This document shows positions 35,462 to 47,400 of a stretch of DNA of 57,810 nucleotides, piece by piece. The DNA is taken from positions 1 to 57,810 of the forward strand of contig CBFFRP010000328.1 of the NCBI GenBank assembly GCA_965644295.1, written 5' to 3'. Both the position numbers and the translations under genes were made by a program. Below the pieces are notes generated by a model. That model did no database searches and was not told the origin of the DNA. It saw only the letters and a program-made list of their open reading frames with translations. Within the stretch, counting starts at the first letter, position 1. Each line of letters starts with the position of its first letter. This DNA is from Paraphysomonas bandaiensis (Eukaryota; Protista; Chrysophyceae).

Positions 35462-38400
35462 ATGAAGCGAACTGTTATTTTTATTGTTTGTACTGTTTCC
35501 ACACTGCTTTTTAATATTTCGCTCGGTCAGAGTGAAATTGATTCAGCTCTTTGTGATATCGCAGCTTCTTCACATATTAACCATATTGGACTCCCGCCTG
35601 ATCAATGGGACTGCCTTGACGGTGTCCCACAATCAAACACATGTGACTGGGCTGGTGTGACATGCAGTGGTAGCGATATCGTGTCCCTAAGATTGACATA
35701 CGCTGAACTGAATGGGTACATTGGTGGTACTATTCCTTTGACAATTGGAAATTTGAGCACATTGACACTCTTGGACCTGTCAAATTCGAATATATCAGGT
35801 GCTATACCTGAATCCATTGGTGAGCTTTCGTCGTTATCGGAGTTCATAGTTTCCCACAATAACTTAGATTCCTCTTTGCCAAATTCGTTAATAAATTTGA
35901 CAGGATTGAATACTCTGGATCTTTCGTACAATCGATTATCCGGAAGCGTGTCACACATTCTACCGCACATGGAATTTTTGTTCACGCTCTCCCTCTCTTC
36001 CAATCACTTCATCGGATCTCTTCCGAACAGTATTGGCAAGTTATCTAATCTAATTTTACTTGATGCGTTTGGAAATTCGCTAACCGGGTCGATTCCCTCC
36101 TCTGTTGGTTATATGCAGTTTTTGTACTATTTGGGTTTGTCGGGTAACGATATCACGAGTACAATTCCCAGCACCATTGGAGACCTTACTGGATTAGGGT
36201 ATATGTATTTGTCCTCCAATAGTATTACAGGATCAATTCCTGACACATTTCAATATTTATCGAGCCTAGAAATATTGGATATATCGGATAACCTCCTCAG
36301 TGGAAGTGTGCCTGACAGCATTGTCGGAATGCAGGCACTTCGTGTGCTGATCGCTGAAAGAAATATGCTCACGGGATCGATTCCGTATGCTTTCGTTGCA
36401 ATGCCTGGTCTAGTGGACATCAGACTGACATCCAATGCGATTGTAGGCTCTGTGATTTATGAATTGAGTGCGCTGTCGAATTTGCAGTACTTGCATCTAT
36501 CGGATAATGATTTAACAGGGACTCTCAGTAGTGAGTTATGTGCATGCCCACTGATTGAGTTCCATGTAGGTGACAACAACATATCATGCTGGGAGTCGTG
36601 CTTGTATGACATTCCGAACACTGACTTTGTCTATGTGTATGAGGAGTGCATGCCACCCACATCTCAACCCACTGATACAACATTGAGTACGCCATCTCAT
36701 TCGCCTACACTTTATTCGACCTCTGAACCGAGTTATCATTCCTTCACAATTCCCTCGATAGTTCCAACGACAGTTCCTACGGTTGAGACGGCATTGAAAT
36801 CGCCCAGCCTTTCCCCAACTTGCACAATAAGTGATCAGCCTACTGTGGAGGTGACATCCACAGCTTCACCGACGTGGGAGACAACTCCCTTACAAGACCC
36901 GCATGCGTTGTGTGATATCATTGACTCGACTTACATATCTGATCTTGATGTGACAGGGTGGAAATGTAGTAAGGGTATACCAGAGTCTGATGTATGCACG
37001 TGGTCAGGTGTCGGTTGTGCGGGAACATCAGTGACCTCGCTGTCGCTGTCTTACTCTGATTTAAATGGTCAAATTGGTGGTTCTCTTCCTTCCAGCATAG
37101 GAAGTTTGACCTCTCTCTCTGTGCTAAGTATGTTTGGTGCTGGGCTTGATGGCACCATCCCTGAATCCTTGGGTGCGCTTACGTCACTTGAAGATCTGTC
37201 GTTGTCAAACAATTACCTGGAATCCACACTGCCATCATCGTTGAGTCGTTTGACTGGACTATTTTATATGGCAGTTGCAAATAATTTCCTGTCAGGAAGT
37301 GTGTCTCATGTTGTATCTCAAATGGACAGTCTGTTCGTACTTTCCCTCTCATCCAATATGTTTACTGGATCGCTGCCGTCAAATTTAGGGGTGATGAACT
37401 TGTTGCTTTTATTTGATTCATATGATAATTTCCTCAGTGGACCAATTCCCTCCACAATGGGTATGATGTCGTCTTTGATATCGTTTGATATTACAAATAA
37501 CTACATCAGTGGGAATATACCGCACCACACTGGAGGTCTGTCAGATTTAATTTTCTTGTCCGTTGGTTTGAATTTTTTGTCTGGACCTTTTCCAGAAGCA
37601 TTCACTGAACTCTCAGGGTTAGAAATAGCACATATATCTTGGAATTTGATGACTGGGTCCCTTCCCGGTGAAATGTCTGGTATGAGTGCACTTCACACCT
37701 TGCACGCTGAGAACAACCTCTTCACGGGTGCAATTCCATCCACAATAAGTAAAATGTCTCGCTTGGAAGATATTCGGCTATCTGCGAATTATATAAGTGG
37801 TTCAATACCATCAGAGTTTGGAGCCTTAACAAAGCTGCAGTATATTTATGTGTTAGACAACCAGTTAACAGGAAGTATTCCAAATGACTTGTGCGCCTGT
37901 CCATTGAAGCATTTATATATCACTGGAAACAATTTTGACTGTTGGGCATCGTGTTTATATGGTATAACTGCGTCAGACTTTTTAGGATTTGTGGACGAGT
38001 GCACTCCACCTACATCCGAACCGACATTCACACCTTCGCATTTTCCAACGTCGAAACCAGTAACATCGCGGCCAACATTTCTTGGAGAAACCAACATGCC
38101 CACTGTAAGTCCTACAAGCCGTCCTACTAACCACCCAACACGAATTCCCACAAGTTATCCAACTCGAACTCCAGTTTCAAAGCCCACATCGAAACCTACA
38201 TTTGCGCCTACCCTTTTACCAACATCTCACCCAACCTACAGGCCTACATGTTTTCCAATGTTGGATCCAACTGTCCCCCCGTCCGTATTTCTTTCTGATT
38301 TTCCCAGCGCTGCACCCACTGTGGCTCCCACCGACGAGCCGACAGAGTCTCCAAGCCCCGGACCCTCTTGGAGTCCAACAATTCTCCCATCTCTAAGGCC

Positions 38401-41400
38401 AACGTTTCATCCGACGACAACTCCAACTGAAGCACCTAGTGTTCCCCCAACAGTATGCCCTTCATATTTGCCTTCGAATTCACCGTCAGGTATTTTACTT
38501 CGTACATACTGTGTATGGCCTGCCGGCGAAAATAGCACAATGGTACCATATTAAAATGTCATATTTTTCTTCAGGTGTCCCTACAACGGAACCCTTTTGT
38601 ATGCCTACTTATAATCCGAGTGTGGTACCGACATTGAGCCCTACTCATGAACCTACAGTGGCACCTACTGGTAATCCCACTGCAGTGCCGACTGTGTCAC
38701 CAACTATGAGCCCAACAGTTGAACCCTCCTGTGTTCCTTCAGGTGGCCCTACTTATAATCCGACTGTGGTACCGACATTGAGCCCTACACATGAACCCAC
38801 AGTGGCACCAACCGGTAATCCAACTATGTCACCAACAATGAGCCCAACAGCTCAACCCTCCTGTGTTCCTTCAGGTTGTCCTACTTATAATCCGAGTGTG
38901 GTACCGACATTGAGCCCTACACATGAACCCACAGTGGCACCAACCGGTAATCCAACTATGTCACCAACTCTGAGCCCAACAGTTGAACCCTCCTGTGTTC
39001 CTTCAGGTTGTCCTACTTATAATCCGAGTGTGGTACCGACATTGAGCCCTACACATGAACCTACAGTGGCACCAACTGGTAATCCCACTGCAGTGCCGAC
39101 TGTGTCACCAACAATGAGCCCAACAGTTGAACCCTCCTGTGTTCCTTCAGGTGGCCCTACTTATAATCCGACTGTGGTACCGACATTGAGCCCTACACAT
39201 GAACCCACAGTGGCACCAACCGGTAATCCAGCTATGTCACCAACAATGAGCCCAACAGCTCAACCCTCCTGTTTTCCTTCAGGTTGTCCTACTTATAATC
39301 CGAGTGTGGTACCGACATTGAGCCCTACACATGAACCCACGGTGGCACCAACCGGTAATCCAACTATGTCACCAACTCTGAGCCCAACAGTTGAACCCTC
39401 CTGTGTTCCTTCAGGTTGTCCTACTTATAATCCGACTGTGGTACCGACATTGAGCCCTACACATGAACCCACGGTGGCACCTACTGGTAATCCCACTGCA
39501 GTGCCGACTGTGTCACCAACAATGAGCCCAACAGCTCAACCCTCCTGTGTTCCTTCAGGTGGCCCTACTTATAATCCGAGTGTGGTACCGACATTGAGCC
39601 CTACACATGAACCCACAGTGGCACCAACCGGTAATCCAACTATGTCACCAACTCTGAGTCCATCAGTTGAGCCGTCCTGTGTTCCTTCAGGTGGCCCTAC
39701 TTATAATCCGAGTGTGGTACCGACATTGAGCCCTACACATGAACCCACGGTGGCACCAACTGGTAATCCCACTGCAGTGCCGACTGTGTCACCGACTGTG
39801 AGCCCAACAGCTCAACCCTCCTGTGTTCCTTCAGGTTGTCCTACTTATAATCCGACTGTGGTACCGACATTGAGCCCTACCCATGAACCCACAGTGGCAC
39901 CAACCGGTAATCCAACAATGTCACCAACTATGAGTCCATCAGTTGAACCCTCCTGTGTTCCTTCAGGTGTTCCTACTTGTAATCCGAGTGTGGTACCAAC
40001 ATTGAGCCCTACCCATGAACCCACGGTGGCACCTACTGTTAATCCCACTGCAGTGCCGACTGTGTCACCAACTATGAGCCCAACAGTTGAACCCTCCTGT
40101 GTTCCTTCAGGTGGCCCTACTTATAATCCGACTGTGGTACCGACGTTGAGCCCTACTCATGAACCCACAGTGGCACCAACCGGTAATCCAACTATGTCAC
40201 CAACTATGAGCCCAACAGTTGAACCCTCCTGTGTTCCTTCAGGTTGTCCTACTTATAATCCGAGTGTGGTGCCGACATTGAGCCCTACCCATGAACCCAC
40301 AGTGGCACCAACTGTGAGCCCAACAGTTGAACCCTCCTGTGTTCCTTCAGGTTGCCCTACTTATAATCCGAGTGTGGTTCCGACATTAAGCCCTACTTAT
40401 GAACCTACAGTGGCACCAACTGGTAATCCCACTGCAGTGCCGACTGTGTCACCAACTATGAGTCCAACAGGTCAACCCTCTTACATTCCTTTAGGTGATC
40501 CTACTTGTATTCCGAGTGTGCTGCCGACATTGAGCCCTACCCATGAATCCACAGTTGTACCAACCGGTAATCCAACAATGTCACCGACTGTGAGCCCAAC
40601 AGTTGAACCCTCCTGTGTTCCTTCAGGTGACCCTACTTATAATCCTAGTGTGGTACCGACATTGAGCCCTACTCATGAACCCACAGTTGTACCTACTGGT
40701 AATCCCACTGCAGTGCCAACTGTGTCACCAACTATGAGTCCAACAGGTCAACCCTCTTACATTCCTTTAGGTGATCCTACTTGTATTCCGAGTGTGCTGC
40801 CGACATTGAGCCCTACCCATGAACCCACCTTTGATCCTACGTTGGCGCCCACTTGTAGTCCCACTGCAGCACCGACAGTGTCGCCGACTGTTAGCCCTTC
40901 AGCTGAACCCACTCACGATCCCACAGTTGTACCTACTGGTAATCCGACTATGTCACCAACTATGAGCCCAACAGCTCAACCCTCCTGTGTTCCTTCAGGT
41001 GGCCCTACTTATAATCCGACTGTGTTACCGACATTGAGCCCTACACATGAACCCACCTGTGATCCTACGTTGGCGCCCACTTGTAGTCCCACTGCAGCAC
41101 CGACAGTGTCGCCGACTGTTAGCCCTTCAGCTGAACCCACTCATGATCCCACAGTGGTACCAACTGGTAATCCAAGTGTGTCGCCATCAGCTTTTCCGAC
41201 AATGAGCCCCACTCATGTACCCACAGTGGTATCAACTGGTAATCCCACTGCAGTGCCGACTGTGTCACCGACACAAAGCCCTTCTGCTGAACCCTCTTAT
41301 ATTCCTTCAGGTTGTCCTACTTGTAATCCAAGTGAGCCGCCAACAATGGGACCTTCGTGTGAACCTATAGTTTCACCAACTCCTAATCCCACTACATCAC

Positions 41401-44400
41401 CGACCACATCGCCAACAGTTGATCCCTATCGTAATCCTTCGGTCGTTCCCTCTTATAATCCGAGTGTGGTACCGACATTGAGCCCTACTCATGAACCTAC
41501 AGTGGCACCTACTGGTAATCCCACTGCAGTGCCGACTGTGTCACCGACTGTGAGCCCAACAGCTCAACCCTCCTGTGTTCCGTCAGGTGGCCCTACTTAT
41601 AATCCGACTGTGGTACCAACATTGAGCCCTACCCATGAACCCACGGTGGCACCAACTGGTAATCCAACAATGTCACCAACTATGAGCCCAACAGTTGAGC
41701 CGTCCTGTGTTCCTTCAGGTGGCCCTACTTATAATCCGAGTGTGGTACCAACATTGAGCCCTACTCATGAACCCACAGTGGCACCAACTGTGAGCCCAAC
41801 AGTAGAACCCTCCTGTGTTCCTTCAGGTGGCCCTACTTATAATCCGAGTGTGGTACCGACATTGATTCCCACTTGTGGACCTACAATGGCACCAACTGGT
41901 AATCCCACTGCAGTGCCGAATGAGTCACCGACAGTTAAGCCGTCGTTTATTCTTTCAGTCGCTCCCACTTGTAATCCGAGTGTGTCACTTACCTTCCCTC
42001 CTAGCAGTACCCCTACTAGACTTCCCACGAGTGCTCCAGCTCTGAATCCCACAACGCGTCCAACTGAATTTCCATCAGTGGTGCCAACCTGTTCACCAAA
42101 TGCTAAACCGACAAAGTCTCCGACATGTAACCCGACTATCCACCCAACCTGTACCCCAACTAAACGTCCAACATTCAAACCAACTTCGGCCCCAACAGTT
42201 AAACCAACTGCTTCCCCAACATATAAGCCGACTAGAAGTCCCACCTCGATTCCCACGAGGTGCCCAACATTCAAGCCAACTAGTGCTCCCACTTATCATC
42301 CCACCGCCTCACCAACTGTATCCCCTACACAAAGCCCGTATAATCTATATGATGCTGAAGTACATTCAACTTGGTCTGATTTCGAGTTGACTGATCGAAC
42401 GTTCACAGGGTATGTCAACACAGCTGCAGATTTGTCATTCCTTCATTCCTCATGGGAAGCCTTTGTTGAGCAATATTTGGTATCCCCGTTTGCTCTAAAT
42501 TTTTATCGCATCGACATCTTGATTAGAGGTATCGAAGCCAATCAACAGGAAGAATTTTTTGTCTTTCAAAACTGCTCGAACGAGACAGCATCGAATGCCA
42601 TATTTGATGGGATCATTGGATCGTCCACCCTTGGCATTGATGTTATGTGCGATGAAACGGCAGTCAATGTATTTTCCAATTCTCTGTGCTGGAAATGTAC
42701 AGAAAATAGTTTGCGATGCAATGATCCGTCTAGCGGAAAGATAGCACTTCCTGGTTCCCACCTGTGTAGCTACACTGATATTACTAAGTTTACTGTTGCA
42801 ATACTGTTTTATCAATACGAACGTGTGTTAGAGAGCGTTCCATTTATCAACGAATTTTCCCTTGCTGCCTCTCGTCGGCAAATCGCAGTAACTGCCCATG
42901 TGACCCCGACTCCTATCGGGGGTACTATATATTGCAGAGCATATCAAACGGACGTCCATGAAGAAAGTACAGTATCTCGTTCACATATCAAATCTGGTGG
43001 GGTATCGGCCACAATACCGAAGTCTACTGCTCAATTTTTGTCCGTGTCATTGAGCATTGCTGGTCTGATAGCATCGCGTAATTATACGATATATTGTCAT
43101 GTGGAAGATGCCCTTGGTAATGGCGGCAGCTTGAGTGACGCCATTAATTCCAAGCAAACTGTTGTCACAGATTGCTGTCGAGAAGTTGCTTTCACATTTG
43201 CACCCATCAGTGTGCGAGTATCTGCAGTGTCGACTACGGCATTTAAGTTTGCTATCCCGGCATCGCCTGGAAGCGGACGACCCTTACTCACTGTTAAGCC
43301 TCAGTTTTACCGTGAAGGTGTGATGACCACAGATATAACATCATCACCACCTTCGTTTGTGTTCTCATTCGATAATCGTGGCATGGGGTTAAGCAGGAGC
43401 TTTGTTCTTGAGTTGCAGACCGATATTAGAGAAGATGCTTCATACACAGTGGAACTCGTAGTCTCAGGAAATTCGGCGTACAGTTCTTTGGCTTCTAGAA
43501 ATTTTGTGCTAGTTAGTGATACAGATGCACTACCTGCTCAGAATTTGTCCACTGCACAGTTTTCGAGTAGTGGTGGATACGTGACTCTGTGTTTCGAAGG
43601 TCCAACTGATTATGCGGTGAATGTTTTAGGTTCACAAGCATTTGCTCCCTGGCCATGCTTTTTAGTATTTTCTTTTGTTGGAGATGAATATACATCGTGT
43701 ACATGGACAAGTGCCAGTTGTGTACTTATGACTTTTTGCGGGGATCAGTTGTGTGACCACATTTTGGATCGTACGACTTTATCACTGCTTTCATCTGGTG
43801 AGTCAATTGTCCTTCGACCTAACTCAGTCAAATCGAAGTGTTCGTCTAGCGACCCTGTGAATTGTAACATAAACTTGTTTGCCCCCAGTCAGAGTGTGAC
43901 CGCAGTTGCACCAACCAACCCTCTTACCCCAGAGGTTTATATAACTGCATCTGACGGTGGTGGAGCTTGCAGTGCCCCTGTCGTTATTGATGCCTCAGCC
44001 TCTGCCGGAAGTGGAGGAAGGGCGTGGAAAAATATCATGTGGATAGTAGAATCCCATGACAGTAGTTCGACTGAATCCGTAGCTGCTTTTTTGAATAATC
44101 ACACTGATATCTCCTCTCCAATTATTATACCTTTGGACTACTTGTCAACTACCAAGTATACTATCAGCCTTCAACTTGTAAACTACTTATCAGGTTCGTC
44201 CTTTGCATCTGTTGATATAAAAGTGGAGAACGTCGGTGTTGGAGCTGTCCCATTTTTGTCATTTGCCGGTGGTTCGTTCCGAACTGTCAACGCGTACGAT
44301 GACTTCACGGCCACTGTGTCGGCTACCATTCCGGATTGTGTGACCTCGCAATTGCTGAAGTACGAGTGGAGAGTGTATAAAGGCACTACCCTGACGACAA

Positions 44401-47400
44401 TTCAGTCTCACAGTACAGATGTACGACGAATGTATTTGCCTGCGTACTCTTTAATTGGCGGGGAAACTTATTTTTTCTATGTAACTGCAACACTGAACGA
44501 TGGGAGCTTGGGTTCAGCTTTGTTGGAGGTAGCAGTTACGAAAGGATCTGTATATGTGTCTATTGCGGGTGGGGATAATTTATTGTTACCATACGGGGCG
44601 CCGTTTTCGATTGATGCATCTGGATCTGTCAACGAGGATTTAGATCCTACCGTGGAGCATGATGTGAGTTTGACCTGGTCATGTGTGGTGACATCGGTGG
44701 AGCGAAACGATATCAATGTCACACATGGAGGCACCTGTGATTCTGTTATTGATTTGGAATTTTTAGATGGAGTGTCTTCAACTGTGCCTGTAAACATTAT
44801 TGTGTCCAAACTTGAGGTCGGTGTAGAGTATACGTTTATTGCAACAGCACTGTCGAACGGTGAAGACAATGCTGACTCGGCGAGCGTTTCTGTGAGAGTG
44901 GCTCTCCCAGATACGGAAACTCTTCCGATTGTACAAATGGTCTCGTCCTTTCATAAGTTTGTTACAAGCAAGATTCTACGATTGACTGGTACTGTTGATG
45001 GTGCATTGGAATCGACAAATGCAACATGGAGTCTCTTTGATGAGTCCAATAATGAGCTACCGCTTGCATCTTTGATAACTACCCCTATCTCGCGAAGAAT
45101 TAATTCGTCTAGCATTACAACTTTTGCGTTAAGTATGAAACCCAATTCTCTTACACCCTCATCATTTTACACCTTTCGACTTTCTGCTGTACCGACTTCT
45201 AGTTCAGATACTCTCGCAACGTTCGCAGAATTGACTCTCAATGCGAATGGTCCTCCATCTTCAGGGTATTTGATGGTGTCACCTTCGATAGGATATTCAT
45301 TGGAAACTCTTTTTGTATTCAATGCATTACATTGGACTGATGATGAGAGTGATTACCCCATTTCATACTCGTTTCGGTACTCGTTAAGGCCTGTGAGAAA
45401 TTTTAGTTCGACAGCGTATCTATCTCTTGGTCTGCGTAGCCAACGCACTTTTATAAGGAGTTCACTTCCTTCAGGCCTTGAAAGCTATAATAAAAGCATT
45501 TATTGCTCACTTATCGTATCTGACTTTTATGGCGCATCCACAGAAGACAGCTTGAACATCACTGTATTAAATTCCTCAGTAACAGCATCCCCATCATCGA
45601 TAAACATGTCGCTGAGTGCGGCTATTGAATCGGACAATGCGGATTCTGTCGTTCAAACTGTGAATGTGGCGTCCGCTTCTTACTCAGTTATCGATTGTAC
45701 AAGTTCACCAAATTGTACGGGGCTTAATCGCGAGCCGTGTTATTCTACTGCTCACACATGTAGCAGCTGCTTTCAGGGTTATACTGGGGTGGCCGGTGAT
45801 TCGAACACCGAATGTTACGCAGAGTCGACAATTACTTCACTTGTTGTTGGGGACTCATGTTCAGCGGATGTTGACTGCAATCCGCATGTGTGCGTGGACG
45901 GCACTTGCTTGACGCGGAACAAGACATGCCCAACTACAGTCAGCGGCATTGACTGTTCCGGTTTTGGGGAGTGTAGCTTCTATGATGTCAGTACACTGCT
46001 TTCAGTAAACGAATGTGCCGTTGACAATCCATACTGCATCGCGAAGTGCATTTGCAATGCTCACTGGTATGGACCAGCTTGTAGTTTAAACCAGGAAATG
46101 TATGACGCTCGTACTGAAGCCCGAATGCATTTATGTGATGGTTTGGTATATTTGGCGGAGAATCAAGATTATTCTGAGGAGTTAATATCGCTCTTGGCCT
46201 CATCTCTGGATGAAGCATTTGATCCCAATGATGTTTCCATTGCTGGTCTTCAATCTTGTTTAACGGTTGTGAAGTACCTTATCAATATATCCGATGGTGG
46301 GTATTTGCTGAATGATGCATTACTTGCCAGCGACGGGACTGTTTCATACCAGCAGAGTATTGTTGATGTAATTTCAAGTTTTCTTGACTTTTTGTCGTCT
46401 CTCTTGACCAATAGCGATAGCGCATCGCAAGAGCTATTGGTGTATGCTGATGATGTTGTATTCCAACTAACAGAGCTTCTTGAATCGCTGGTTACTAGTA
46501 TTAGTAGCGAATTAGCTGGCGGAGAAAGTCCCATTGAAATTGTATCCAAAGGACTTCGTATGTTAGTGAGTTATGGAGAGTTAACTGCGCTAGACAATGC
46601 AGAATTGACACCACCCACCACTGTATATGACGAGTCGTTGGGTGCGAGTGTAGCGACTATTGTCCTACCGGAATCGGGGTTACGGGCATGCGGTTTAGGT
46701 AGTGACTACGTTCGTTTATCAGTCATGGAATGGGGAACCAACCCATATTTGAGTGCTCTCCACTTATCAGCTGATGATAGTATACCTTCACGTATAATTC
46801 GGTTTTCTTCTCAAGGTTCAGATAGAGTTGTGTCACAATCCCAACTAGATAGCGGAAAGGCTACGTATCTTGTGAAGCTTCACTATACAACTCCTCAGAA
46901 CTGGACTTTGACTAGCCCTAACTGTTCGAGCTTTTCAGGTGGTGATATGGGAACCTGCCCATGTTCGATTCAGAGCTTCACGTCCGTGGAGGTTGTTTAC
47001 GAGTGCTATAACTTGTTGGACTTGTGTCCTCCGACAGGCGGGGATAGGCGTCGAGCCTTTTCTATTGACGCACAGATTGATATTGAACATCCACATTATT
47101 TTCATCGAAAGCAGAGACGTAGACTTGATTTTGACTACAATGGAGAAGGAAGTGGCGACGATGACGCCAATACGCACAGTATTACCGAATACGGTGCCTT
47201 GGTGAACAGCATCAAACAAGAGTTTGGGTCGACATTAAACACTCCAGCGGACTTCAAAATAAAGCAGGCTATCCCCATACTATCCGGAATCAGTTTAATA
47301 TTATTTCTCTTCTTTTTGGGTGTCGTGTTTTTCTCGTATTGGGATGAATTGGATTACAATTATATCCGTTATGTTCAGAACTATTCAGCAGACAAAGAAG

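Noticed and set aside
38575-41940. CRISPR-like regular array
   Set aside because: There are no unique spacers and no cas genes; the units are in-frame coding repeats in a eukaryotic gene.
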